Positions 19,270 to 28,067 of a stretch of 64,000 bases of DNA are shown here, piece after piece. Under the pieces are notes generated by a model. The model was not told where the DNA came from, did no database searches, and saw only the letters and a list, made by a program, of their open reading frames with translations. Position 1 is the stretch's first letter; every line of letters starts with the position of its first letter. The DNA is taken from positions 64,001-128,000 of IMG/VR virus record IMGVR_UViG_3300020183_000012; one strand, given 5' to 3'. The DNA is from a virus. Made by a program: the position numbers and the translations under genes.

Positions 19270-19635
19270 ATGAGTCACCCTTACCATCACGCTCTGTCAA
19301 GTGTCAAGCGTTTCGGAGGCACTTGGAGCGATTACATTGAGATTCACGAATGGTTCGATCAGACGAAGGCTCTTATCCCTGATGTTCGTCATCGGGCAAT
19401 CCTTCATTCGTCTTTCGGAATCTTCCTGTGCCAACAGGTTTTCGGTGAGGTTCTTGTGCGGGATTCTGACGGAAAGCCCGTGCCTGTCCGTACCATTGCG
19501 GAGCAACACATTATTGAGGACATGGGATTTATCCCTACTCCTCAAGATTGGTTTGCGGGTATGCAGCCCGAGAAGTGGATGGCAAGAGGAGCAAAGCCTC
19601 TTTCCGCTGAAACAGAACAAGTTTTGGCTGACTAG
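19270..19635 (+). CDS. DUF6915 family protein
   Basis: MSHPYHHALSSVKRFGG...IHEWFD...RHRAILHSSFGIF...VRTIAEQHIIED. Confidence 0.75.
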   Translation: MSHPYHHALSSVKRFGGTWSDYIEIHEWFDQTKALIPDVRHRAILHSSFGIFLCQQVFGEVLVRDSDGKPVPVRTIAEQHIIEDMGFIPTPQDWFAGMQPEKWMARGAKPLSAETEQVLAD

Positions 19636-19645
19636 ACAATCTTAA

Positions 19646-19719
19646 GTTCCCGTGGCTCAGTTGGATAGAGCAGCCGCCTTCTAAGCGGCAGGTCGCTGGT
19701 TCGAGTCCAGCCGGGAACG
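19646..19719 (+). tRNA. tRNA-Arg(TCT)
   Basis: acceptor GTTCCCG/CGGGAAC, anticodon 19680-19682; no CCA. Confidence 0.95.
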
Positions 19720-19727
19720 CTTCTACG

Positions 19728-19753
19728 ATACCCGGTTCATAGCCGGGTATTTT
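19728..19753 (+). terminator. intrinsic terminator
   Basis: ATACCCGGT-TCAT-AGCCGGGTAT-TTT. Confidence 0.75.
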
Positions 19754-19944
19754 AACTAATCCGGGGAATCTGCATTATTTTGCTTGCCTATTTGGTCTAT
19801 TGGGCTATAGTTCCACCTCTGAAGAGATGATTCAAGGTGCATAGACTACATAGGTGAAAGTTGCATCCCGAGAATAGACTAATGGGGTAATAGTGCCGCA
19901 CCGAGTGGCACAACAAGTTGAGCATTCGCACAAGGATACAAATA

Positions 19945-20583
19945 ATGCCTGTTGCAAGTCCTATTGATACCGGAACACGCACCTTGACTTTCATCATCAA
20001 GGGAATCGCACCGTTGATGATGCACAACGGTCTGTTGGCTTCGCCCTTCTATTCGTATACCAAGCGTCTGAAGGAGATCACCAAGAAGCGCGGCAAGACC
20101 GAAGAGGATCATATTGAGGTGGCTAAGATTGAGTGGGAAGGCGGTCTTTACATGAGTAGCCGCGATGCGGATACTGGTCTTTGGTCTGAGGACTCGCATC
20201 CCATCATTCCCGCTGAGTGTCTTTACGCGACCCTTCTCGCGGGAGCAAAGGCTTTCAAAGGCGGGATGTCTTTCAAGGCAGGAGTGTTCATTACTCAATC
20301 GGCTCGTCTGCGCTACAAGGGAGACAACAAGATCAAGACTCTTGCTGACCTTCGTGGCAAAGATATTTTCATCGACTCCCGCCTCGTTGATGTAAACGGC
20401 AGCAAGGTGACGCGAACCCGCCCGATCTTCCACGATTGGTCGTGCGAGTTCAATGTTGAGTATGATCCGTCCGTTGTTGATGAAGCAGACCTTATCCGTT
20501 GGGTTCAAACGGGCGGTAGGCTCAAGGGTCTTTGCGAACTGCGTCCAACGATGGGTCGGTTCACCATTGAGTCTTACAAGTGA
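19945..20583 (+). CDS. stand-alone Cas7/RAMP-like RNA-binding protein
   Basis: RAMP-like motif order: N-terminal strand + IKGIAPLMMHN, PIIPAECLYATL (cf. IPGSSLKG), C-terminal Gly-rich loop GGRLKGLCELRPTMGRFTI; directly followed by a repeat array. Confidence 0.65.
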   Translation: MPVASPIDTGTRTLTFIIKGIAPLMMHNGLLASPFYSYTKRLKEITKKRGKTEEDHIEVAKIEWEGGLYMSSRDADTGLWSEDSHPIIPAECLYATLLAGAKAFKGGMSFKAGVFITQSARLRYKGDNKIKTLADLRGKDIFIDSRLVDVNGSKVTRTRPIFHDWSCEFNVEYDPSVVDEADLIRWVQTGGRLKGLCELRPTMGRFTIESYK

Positions 20584-20584
20584 T

Positions 20585-20921
20585 GCTCTCCTCTCTCCGC
20601 AGAAATGCGTAGAGAGGCTTTCTTATGGTCTGCTTTGGCAGGATACGGTTCGTTGCGCTCAGGAGTGGTCTGCTTCTCGCCTTCTACCGGGGAAACCCGG
20701 TTTGGAGGCTTTCTTTAGGTCGGATGCCCTCAGATTGGGCTAGTTTAGGTAGGGTGTGATGCGATGTGTTCCGCTTCTCGCCTTCTACCGGGGAAACCCG
20801 GTTTGGAGGCTTTCTTTAGTCTTGTTGGGGCATGATACGGTCAGGTTCGGTAAGGTCAGAAGAGGTATGCTTCTCGCCTTCTACCGGGGAAACCCGGTTT
20901 GAAGGCTTTCGTGGGTACGGC
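20585..20921 (+). repeat. array of hairpin repeats separating 5-nt periodic tracts (candidate guide-RNA array)
   Basis: 42-nt repeat GCTTCTCGCCTTCTACCGGGGAAACCCGGTTTG(G/A)AGGCTTTC at 20672-20713, 20773-20814, 20869-20910; structural variant at 20585-20622; intervening tracts of 10, 12 and 11 NN-GNY pentamers. Confidence 0.9.
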
Positions 20922-20992
20922 AAAGTTGCATCCGTTGAATAAAGTAGTCTTGCCCAAGTGGGCAATCTCAATCATCTAGGAGCAGAACAACA

Positions 20993-22003
20993 ATGGCACA
21001 TGGAATTAAGAATCGTGATCGCGTCCTCATCGTTGGTGACCGTGGTTGGCACGGGTTGGGTCAGCAGATGGATTCGATCAGCATGACCGATCTCAAGGAG
21101 CAGTTCCCATACTCCTACGAGAAGGTTCCGATGTTCACCGCCGATGGCGTGGAAGTTGAAGGCTTCAAGGCTGTCATCACTACCGATGACAAGCAGAGCA
21201 ACGGTGTCGTGGGTGACACCTACGAGATCATCAACCTTGACGAGATGTTTGGTCTTGCTAACGATCTTGTTGTTGCTCACGGGACGGGTCGTGTTGTCAG
21301 CGCAGGAAGCCTTCACAACCGCGAGGACTTTTTCGTTGATCTCGGCATCGACCGCGAGTTCCGCAGCGGTGAGGATGTCAACAAGCCATTCATCGGTATC
21401 ACCAACAACTTCTGTGGTATGCGCCACTTCGTTGCGGGAGCGCACATGAACAGGATCGTCTGCGCCAATACTCTGAATCTCATGCTCCGCGAAGTCAAGG
21501 GTTCTCCTCGCGCCATCAAGATTCGTCACACTAAGGGTGCATGGAACCGACTCGCTGAGGCGAAGCGCATTCTCGGCATCACCCTTGCCGCGTTCGACAA
21601 GGCTGATGAGGAGATGCACCAAATGATCTCCAAGAAGATGACCGATGCAGAGATCGCTTCGTACTATGATGCCATCATGCCGATGACCAACATCCCGCCT
21701 CGCCGTGCAGACGAGAACGAGGAGCAGTATGAAGCCCGTGTTGAAACCATCGAACGCGCAAACCGCAAGGCTTCCCGTGTCCGTGCAGAGTGGAGCATGA
21801 CGCTTGACAACGAGCGCGGCGTTCTTGGTCAGGAGCCGAACCTTTGGCTTGCGATGAACTCCGTGACCAAGTGGGTTCAGCATGAGAATCAGGTGAAGAA
21901 CGAATCGACCAATCCCCTGATCCGTGGTTGGAGCAACCGTTTTGCAACGGGCTTCAAGATGACAAACGAAGCCCATGACGCAGCATTGTCTGTGCTTGGG
22001 TAA
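20993..22003 (+). CDS. DUF932 domain protein (phage/plasmid-like protein)
   Basis: GWHGLG, SAGSL, RIVCANTL, IRHT, NLWLAMNSVTKW motifs. Confidence 0.85.
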   Translation: MAHGIKNRDRVLIVGDRGWHGLGQQMDSISMTDLKEQFPYSYEKVPMFTADGVEVEGFKAVITTDDKQSNGVVGDTYEIINLDEMFGLANDLVVAHGTGRVVSAGSLHNREDFFVDLGIDREFRSGEDVNKPFIGITNNFCGMRHFVAGAHMNRIVCANTLNLMLREVKGSPRAIKIRHTKGAWNRLAEAKRILGITLAAFDKADEEMHQMISKKMTDAEIASYYDAIMPMTNIPPRRADENEEQYEARVETIERANRKASRVRAEWSMTLDNERGVLGQEPNLWLAMNSVTKWVQHENQVKNESTNPLIRGWSNRFATGFKMTNEAHDAALSVLG

Positions 22004-22011
22004 ACCGAACT

Positions 22012-22104
22012 AAGGTTAGGTATGGCGAGTCTAGGTATGCCCTGCCATTGTATGGTCTGTCAAGTTCAGTCCCCTTCACCGGAGAAATCCGGTGGAGGGG
22101 TTTT
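22012..22104 (+). repeat. orphan NN-GNY tract (12 units) plus array-like hairpin/terminator
   Basis: aa-GGT ta-GGT at-GGC ga-GTC ta-GGT at-GCC ct-GCC at-TGT at-GGT ct-GTC aa-GTT ca-GTC then CCCTTCACCGGA-GAAA-TCCGGTGGAGGG-GTTTT. Confidence 0.8.
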
Positions 22105-22122
22105 GCCGATAAACATAATGAC

Positions 22123-22193
22123 TGCCTTGTGGTGAAACGGTATCACGGGAGACTTTGGATCTCCTTTTCTTGGTTCAAATCCAAGCAGGGCAA
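22123..22193 (+). tRNA. tRNA-Gln(TTG)
   Basis: acceptor TGCCTTG/CAGGGCA, anticodon 22155-22157; no CCA. Confidence 0.9.
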
Positions 22194-22236
22194 ATCTTTC
22201 ATCCTGGAAATAAACTAATCGGACAAGGAGAACCGG

Positions 22237-22452
22237 ATGCAGAACCCCGTTACCATCACCGAAAACTGCCGAATCACCGGAGAGGCTTACTCAGTCACGG
22301 TGGATTCAGGCGACCTTGAGCGTTACAAGAACGGCGAGGGTCTGATTCAGAACATCTTCCACTACCTTAACGCAGGGGATCGTGAGTTCATCAAGACAGG
22401 CATCTCGCCCAAGGGTTGGGAAATCATGTTTGCAAACGAAGAAGAGGACTAA
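22237..22452 (+). CDS. hypothetical protein
   Basis: promoter + ACAAGGAG SD; LIQNIFHYLNAGDREFIKTG. Confidence 0.8.
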   Translation: MQNPVTITENCRITGEAYSVTVDSGDLERYKNGEGLIQNIFHYLNAGDREFIKTGISPKGWEIMFANEEED

Positions 22453-22454
22453 CA

Positions 22455-22712
22455 ATGTCATTTGAACTACGCGCACGGATTATGATTGGAAGAGGGTACA
22501 AGTTTGCCCTCGCTCAGATTTCTGAGGACGGTGTTAATGAGTTCATCCCTGCATTTGCAAACCGTGGTGCTTTTCTTGTTCCCATATGGATCAAGTCTCA
22601 GGATGCCCACAATGTTGTCGCGGTTCTTGGTAGTGAACCAACAGACGATCAGAAGGAAGTGACCATCCCGCGTGGCTACATCCTCAGCATCGCAATGATG
22701 CCAAGTATGTAA
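22455..22712 (+). CDS. hypothetical protein
   Basis: GAGGA SD. Confidence 0.6.
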   Translation: MSFELRARIMIGRGYKFALAQISEDGVNEFIPAFANRGAFLVPIWIKSQDAHNVVAVLGSEPTDDQKEVTIPRGYILSIAMMPSM

Positions 22713-22776
22713 GTGCCATCTCAATAATTGGCAATCTTTCATCGGGCAAATAAACTAATAGGACAAGGAGAACCGG

Positions 22777-22974
22777 ATGCAGAACCCCTTTGACAACGAA
22801 CCTGAGTGTTCCTGTGACGGCTGTGACGGCAAGTTTCCCGAATCATTGATGCGTCCTGCCACCTACCGTTATGTGGACGAATCTTGGGAGACTTTCCACT
22901 TCTGCCCGTCATGCATCGCTAGAGATAGAAAACTGGATGAAGAAGCGCACCTCCGGTCACCGCACCTGTGGTGA
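22777..22974 (+). CDS. small zinc-finger-like protein
   Basis: CDGC...CPSC; promoter + SD. Confidence 0.7.
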   Translation: MQNPFDNEPECSCDGCDGKFPESLMRPATYRYVDESWETFHFCPSCIARDRKLDEEAHLRSPHLW

Positions 22975-22999
22975 TCGACAAATGAACTAACTGTGCAAA

Positions 23000-23203
23000 A
23001 TGAGCAAGAAAGACGATTCTTCAAGAAAATCAAAGAGCCTTGGGGAACTGATTGACCGTTGTCCAAGATGCGGTCGTACAATCACTTGGTTCAACGACAT
23101 TCCGCTCAGGGGTTTCTGTTGGGGAACGCCCGATAACGAACACGAAGAGTATTCCGTGATTGTCTGTCAGAAGAAGATCGAAGATTTTTCATCGCGGAAA
23201 TAA
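23000..23203 (+). CDS. hypothetical protein
   Basis: CPRC; stop inside the next promoter motif. Confidence 0.55.
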   Translation: MSKKDDSSRKSKSLGELIDRCPRCGRTITWFNDIPLRGFCWGTPDNEHEEYSVIVCQKKIEDFSSRK

Positions 23204-23226
23204 AGTAGTTGCACAGGAAACAAGCA

Positions 23227-23544
23227 ATGAGCGATGCATTTTCTAAAGAAATAAACTCTCATGTCTCCTCCATGAAGCAGGACATGAAAGATGTGGTTGA
23301 CAAAGAACTTAAGTCTCTTGTCCTCTCCCTTGTTTCCGAGGGAATCGTCAATGCCAATTTTGACGACAAGGGCTATCTGAACGACATTTCGTTTACGGAA
23401 GGAGGCAAGGCTTTCATGGAAGTCTTGGCTTTCAATCTATCGCACCGAATCGAAAAGATTATTGAGAGCGATGGCATCAAGGAAAAGGAAAAGCAGGAAC
23501 TTAAATCAGTCCTGAAGCACATGAAAAACTTGCCGCTCCCGTGA
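23227..23544 (+). CDS. hypothetical protein
   Basis: promoter + ACAGGA SD. Confidence 0.7.
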   Translation: MSDAFSKEINSHVSSMKQDMKDVVDKELKSLVLSLVSEGIVNANFDDKGYLNDISFTEGGKAFMEVLAFNLSHRIEKIIESDGIKEKEKQELKSVLKHMKNLPLP

Positions 23545-23565
23545 TGGAGCCGTATAGTTTGGAAA

Positions 23566-23639
23566 GCCCTCGTAGTTCAGTTGGATAGAGCGACGGTTTC
23601 CTAAACCGTAGGTCACAGGTTCGAACCCTGTCGGGGGCG
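23566..23639 (+). tRNA. tRNA-Arg(CCT)
   Basis: acceptor GCCCTCG/CGGGGGC, anticodon 23600-23602; no CCA. Confidence 0.95.
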
Positions 23640-23673
23640 TTTCAAAGTTTCATCACAGGAATAAACTAGAAAT

Positions 23674-23985
23674 ATGAACACGAATTACGAAGATTTCCTC
23701 AGTCTCAGCGAAGTGACCGCTGCCGTTGCGCTTGCAGAAGGCGACAATACAACGGGAATGGAACTCATCCTGCTGAATGACGATGACGGCAATCTGACGG
23801 GAGCAGTTGCAGTCCATACGGACGGTACGCTTGTCGGTCTTGATACTTCCGACATTATGACTGCCGTAGGATATCACAAGAACAAGGATGCTTTCACAAA
23901 TGACGGCGAAGGAGCCGTCACGGTGCGCCTTGAGGACGGATTCGTAACGGGGATTGATGTCGTTTTGAGAACCCACGAGTCTTGA
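23674..23985 (+). CDS. acidic hypothetical protein
   Basis: ATG 7 nt after the -10-like box. Confidence 0.7.
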   Translation: MNTNYEDFLSLSEVTAAVALAEGDNTTGMELILLNDDDGNLTGAVAVHTDGTLVGLDTSDIMTAVGYHKNKDAFTNDGEGAVTVRLEDGFVTGIDVVLRTHES

Positions 23986-24089
23986 GTTCATCTCACGGGT
24001 CGCACTCTCGTTATAAGTGCAAACACTACGACCATCTGTAGCCTAAATGCTCAGGTGGTCATTTTACATCCGGCAAACAGGATAATAGT

Positions 24090-24284
24090 ATGAAGAAGCA
24101 AAGACAGAGCGAAATACGCAGGGCTTTGAGTCCAAACTCAGAATCCATCATGGCTTCATTTTGGTTTCTATGCGGATTCTTTGTGTTACTTTACATTTTC
24201 ATAAAGACACCAATACTAAATGTCATTTCACAGTATGTTCTTCATCCTATCAGGGATGCCCTGATGCCGGGGCCGCCGCCATGA
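24090..24284 (+). CDS. small membrane protein
   Basis: hydrophobic FWFLCGFFVLLYIFI; leaderless start. Confidence 0.55.
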   Translation: MKKQRQSEIRRALSPNSESIMASFWFLCGFFVLLYIFIKTPILNVISQYVLHPIRDALMPGPPP

Positions 24285-24340
24285 GAACGAGCACGAAAGT
24301 TTCATCCGTTGAATAAACTAATCGTACAAGGAGAGCATAA

Positions 24341-25051
24341 ATGCCAAACTGGACTGGAAATCTTCTCAAGGTCAAGGGTAAGAAGGCCGACCGCGATCTG
24401 TTTGCATCCGAACTCAAGGCTTTCATCCGCAGCAAGTTCAAGCCTCTAATCAACAAGTGGGCGGAGGAAAACCCAGACGAGTGCCGCAACAAGTACGAGA
24501 AGCGAATCGTTCCGGTGTTCGACTTCAACTTCGTGATCCCAATGCCCGAGGAACTGGAAGGCACTACTTCTCCCCGTCCGATGACGCGAGAGCAAATCAT
24601 TCATTTGGCGAAGGAGAATGAATGGCCGGAGGACACTCTGAAGTGGCGGCTTGAAAACGCTCTTACTGAAGATGATGCAAAGCGTCTTGATGAACTTAAG
24701 AGCCGCTATGGTTTCGATAACTGGTACGAATGGTGCTGTGCCCATTGGGGGACTAAGTGGAATGCCTGTAACTCTGAAGGTAACAGCCCCCAAGAAACAG
24801 CGACCATGACTATCTACAGTTTCGATACCGCTTGGTCACCGCCTGTCCCTGTCATTCACGCACTTGCCGCTGCCTACCCCAAACTGACTTTCCGCCTTGA
24901 CTTTACCCTTGAGGGTGAGTCAGGAAAGTGGAACATTATTGGCGATTCCAAGCAATACGCAGGGTGCATCAAGGCACTTGCGAAACGCCAAGTGGAGTTG
25001 GAACAGACGATCTGTGCAATGTTCCGTGAAGGCACTATCGAAAGCAAATAA
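24341..25051 (+). CDS. DUF1281/YubB-like ferredoxin-fold protein
   Basis: MPNW...FDFN..IPMP...NWYEWCCAHWGTKWNA...FDTAWSPP. Confidence 0.8.
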   Translation: MPNWTGNLLKVKGKKADRDLFASELKAFIRSKFKPLINKWAEENPDECRNKYEKRIVPVFDFNFVIPMPEELEGTTSPRPMTREQIIHLAKENEWPEDTLKWRLENALTEDDAKRLDELKSRYGFDNWYEWCCAHWGTKWNACNSEGNSPQETATMTIYSFDTAWSPPVPVIHALAAAYPKLTFRLDFTLEGESGKWNIIGDSKQYAGCIKALAKRQVELEQTICAMFREGTIESK

Positions 25052-25069
25052 TCTGCCGATAGAGGAGAT

Positions 25070-25516
25070 ATGGCTAACTTTCTCCGTTCCATCTTTGCTG
25101 CGCTAAAGGAGCCATTTCCGGCTGCGATATGCAACTGTATCCTTGATGCCTATGTCCATCCACGCGACATTCCTGTCGTGATCCAATACATGAAGGACTT
25201 TACTTATCAAGATATAAGTCTTTCTTTCGGAAACACGGACAGTCCAGATAGGACTCACATTGAGGTGAAATTCAGGGATTCGGAGTGGACTCCCAACGAG
25301 ATCGTTGATTCTTTCTTTATTTATCAGGACGATCTTCAAAGACTCATCCCCAATGGGGAATTCGTTTTCTCCATCCAAGATCACCATGTTGTTCCGTCAT
25401 TTAGGAACATCATAAGGGAGAAGTACCGCACCTTCTTGTCGCGGTGGACTAGACACCGGATGAAGGTAAGCAAGCGTTGGAGGTCAGGAGATGTCGAAGT
25501 TACATCATGTAAATAA
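25070..25516 (+). CDS. hypothetical protein
   Basis: GAGGAG SD; stop inside the next promoter motif. Confidence 0.65.
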   Translation: MANFLRSIFAALKEPFPAAICNCILDAYVHPRDIPVVIQYMKDFTYQDISLSFGNTDSPDRTHIEVKFRDSEWTPNEIVDSFFIYQDDLQRLIPNGEFVFSIQDHHVVPSFRNIIREKYRTFLSRWTRHRMKVSKRWRSGDVEVTSCK

Positions 25517-25540
25517 ACTAATTGGACAAGGAGAACACCC

Positions 25541-25903
25541 ATGACATTCATTCCCGCCAACTTTGATGCCATGCTGACCGATCCCGGCAAAACCGTTGCG
25601 AAAGACCCATGCTTCCGTTCATGCCGAAACATGGGTTTTCAGATGACCTTCTCCAACGGATGGATGATCTCCGTACAGTTTGGAGCGTTCAACTACTGCT
25701 CCAACCGCGACTTGAACGCAGACTCAACCATGTTTCTTGATGGGCCGAAGGGGACTCTGGAGTGCGCCAACGCCGAGGTTGCCGTCTTCAACCCTGACGG
25801 CGATTTTGTTCGCCCCGATGGTTTTGACTTTAGTGAAGATGTGAAGGGTTTTGTTAACCCTGACGAGGTTTCTCTTTTGGTTAGGTGGGTTTCTAGCCGA
25901 TAA
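25541..25903 (+). CDS. hypothetical protein
   Basis: GFQMTFSNGWMISVQFG..NYC; promoter + SD. Confidence 0.8.
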   Translation: MTFIPANFDAMLTDPGKTVAKDPCFRSCRNMGFQMTFSNGWMISVQFGAFNYCSNRDLNADSTMFLDGPKGTLECANAEVAVFNPDGDFVRPDGFDFSEDVKGFVNPDEVSLLVRWVSSR

Positions 25904-25928
25904 AGGGTTCCTACAGAAAGGAACTCCT

Positions 25929-26219
25929 ATGGGCAAGATCAAATCATTTACATTAAATATAGAACCGGAAATCGTCAGTCAGACCTACCCTGAACTTACC
26001 GAAGCACAGGTCGCCGCCGTCATGGAAGAACTGATTCAGTACGAAACTGACATCTTTGACTTCATATTCGAGAAAATTGAAGAGATTGTTGAGGATACAA
26101 CCGATGGCGACGAAGAGGCGGATGATGATGACGAAGATGACGAAGATGACGACGACAATGACGAACCGTGGATGGATGAGGACGAAGACGAAGACGAAGA
26201 CGAAGACGAAGACTTCTGA
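25929..26219 (+). CDS. highly acidic protein with (DE)n tail
   Basis: AAAGGA SD; GACGAA tandem repeats. Confidence 0.7.
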   Translation: MGKIKSFTLNIEPEIVSQTYPELTEAQVAAVMEELIQYETDIFDFIFEKIEEIVEDTTDGDEEADDDDEDDEDDDDNDEPWMDEDEDEDEDEDEDF

Positions 26220-26261
26220 AAGTTTCATCCGCTGAATAAACTAATCGGACAAGGAGAACCC

Positions 26262-26564
26262 ATGACGAAGAAGATGACCGTGCACGAATCGTTGGCTTGC
26301 AACAATTGCCTCATCGCAATTACGATGCTCGACCTGTCGCTGAACGATGTCTACGGTGGTGGTGGTGCGAAGTCGATGATCCGCGAACTCGCCCCTGAGT
26401 TTTGCGGGAGCCACTACAACTCCGAACACATCACCGACCGTTGGGATGATATCAAAGAGATTCTGATGAATCTTGACATTCCTGACGATCATCAGTCGAA
26501 TCTCGCAGGGATGGCTGCGGAGGAGTCCATTCAGACTCTCCTGCTTGTCCGCGCTGTCGGTTAA
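26262..26564 (+). CDS. hypothetical protein
   Basis: promoter + SD. Confidence 0.75.
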   Translation: MTKKMTVHESLACNNCLIAITMLDLSLNDVYGGGGAKSMIRELAPEFCGSHYNSEHITDRWDDIKEILMNLDIPDDHQSNLAGMAAEESIQTLLLVRAVG

Positions 26565-26588
26565 GACTTTGGGTTCTCCTCCCCATTA

Positions 26589-26625
26589 GACGGGTAGGTT
26601 CTTCTTCGGAAGTTCCTACCCGTCA
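26589..26625 (+). terminator. hairpin/terminator
   Basis: GACGGGTAGG..CTTC-TTCG-GAAG..CCTACCCGTC. Confidence 0.65.
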
Positions 26626-26668
26626 ACTTTACATCCGGGGAATAAACTAACTGTACAAGGAGAACCCG

Positions 26669-27124
26669 ATGAACTTCAGGTACAACGATGGAGGACGAGC
26701 CGCTGCCGGATACAAGGGACACACCGGAGACTGCGTGACTCGTTCGATTGCGATTATCACCGGGCTTCCGTATCAGGAGGTCTACGATGTCCTGTCGAAC
26801 GGATGCCGCACTCAGCGCATCACCCGTGGAGGTCGCTACAAGTCATCTGCCAGTAACGGAGTGAACACCAAGCGCAAGTGGTTCCGCGATTACATGGAGG
26901 CACTTGGCTTCCAGTATGTCGCAACGATGGGAATTGGCAGCGGGTGCAAGACCCATTTGCGTTCGGATGAACTGCCGAAGGGCCGTCTTATTGTGCAGGT
27001 CAGCAAGCATTACACCGCCGTGATTGACGGAGTAATCAACGATACCTTTGACCCGTCCCGTGACGGCACTCGTTGCGTCTACGGTTACTGGATTCACAAA
27101 CCCCTGTCCAAGATCACTGCCTGA
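26669..27124 (+). CDS. conserved phage protein with Cys-His-Asp motif set
   Basis: YNDGGRAAAGYKG.TGDCVTRSIAI...HYTAVIDGVINDT. Confidence 0.75.
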   Translation: MNFRYNDGGRAAAGYKGHTGDCVTRSIAIITGLPYQEVYDVLSNGCRTQRITRGGRYKSSASNGVNTKRKWFRDYMEALGFQYVATMGIGSGCKTHLRSDELPKGRLIVQVSKHYTAVIDGVINDTFDPSRDGTRCVYGYWIHKPLSKITA

Positions 27125-27150
27125 TACCTCTCACACTGGAGAACCTGACC

Positions 27151-27630
27151 ATGCAAATCAAGATCACAATCAACCTCGCATGCAACAACGCCGCATTCGC
27201 CCCGGACGATGCTAGAGGATCGAGCGTTGCGGCATACGAGGAGGTCATGCGCATCATCAACGACGGCACGATGCCTTGGGTCATCGAAACGGCACTTGAG
27301 ACGGCGACCGATACCGTCACCTCGCACATCGGGCGCATCCTGAAGGATGTGAACGGCAACACAGTCGGGCGCATCGATGCGGAGGTGCAGTCGGCGCGGA
27401 TGCACCACGCGGCGGAGATCCCAGCACCGTGCAGGAACGACTCGACACCAACAACGAAGACCGCGATCAGTGGATGGACCGATTCCGATCTGACGATTGT
27501 GCTAGAAGCCGCCTATCAGGCTCTGTCCGACAGTCGCACTGGAGCGTCCATTGCAGAGCGCATGGACATCAGTGACGATGAACTCGATGCGACCATCTTG
27601 CGCCTCCGCGCAGTGCTGTGGACTGACTGA
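27151..27630 (+). CDS. hypothetical protein
   Basis: GGAG SD; ITIN..NAAF...DVNGNTVG. Confidence 0.7.
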   Translation: MQIKITINLACNNAAFAPDDARGSSVAAYEEVMRIINDGTMPWVIETALETATDTVTSHIGRILKDVNGNTVGRIDAEVQSARMHHAAEIPAPCRNDSTPTTKTAISGWTDSDLTIVLEAAYQALSDSRTGASIAERMDISDDELDATILRLRAVLWTD

Positions 27631-27699
27631 CCGATGTACGCCGCCGCGTGAAAGAAAGTTTCATCCAATGAATAAACTAATCGGACAAGGAGAACACCC

Positions 27700-28035
27700 A
27701 TGACATTCATTCCCGCCAACTTTGATGCCGACCAGTACGAACTGTATACCCCCGACAACGGAGACCGGAGTCAGTCAGAGGATGCGGCAGCGAAGATCAA
27801 TAACATCATCAACTGTCAACTTCAGAACAACATCACGAATTGTCGCACCGCTGCGGTTGGTGCTGCCACGAAGATGCTCCGTGAGGTTGAGCGTCAGATC
27901 ATCGCACTTGGATATGAAAAGAAGTTTGGTGCGCTAGACACCGAGCCTCGCTACATCATCCGCCTTGCAATCGCCCGTAACATCCGCAAGTGGGCGGATA
28001 TGGAAGAATACGAGTTCAACACGGACTCATTCTGA
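27700..28035 (+). CDS. hypothetical protein (first 10 codons identical to 25541 gene)
   Basis: MTFIPANFDA. Confidence 0.75.
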   Translation: MTFIPANFDADQYELYTPDNGDRSQSEDAAAKINNIINCQLQNNITNCRTAAVGAATKMLREVERQIIALGYEKKFGALDTEPRYIIRLAIARNIRKWADMEEYEFNTDSF

Positions 28036-28067
28036 AACTTTCATCGGGCAAATAAACTAACTAGGCA

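Noticed and set aside
20672-20910. Canonical CRISPR array
   Set aside because: Spacers are 54-59 nt, internally periodic with fixed GNY triplets, and no cas1/cas2 or effector nuclease is present; reported as a different array type.
20972-21976. Long antisense ORFs (also 5966-6772, 19879-20508, 4146-4712, 36858-37460 and others)
   Set aside because: Shadows of + strand genes with strong codon bias; no SD or promoter support.
6897-23660. HDV-like (theta) ribozymes at tRNA 3' ends
   Set aside because: No nested double-pseudoknot pattern recognised after any of the seven tRNAs by eye; a motif search would be needed to exclude it.
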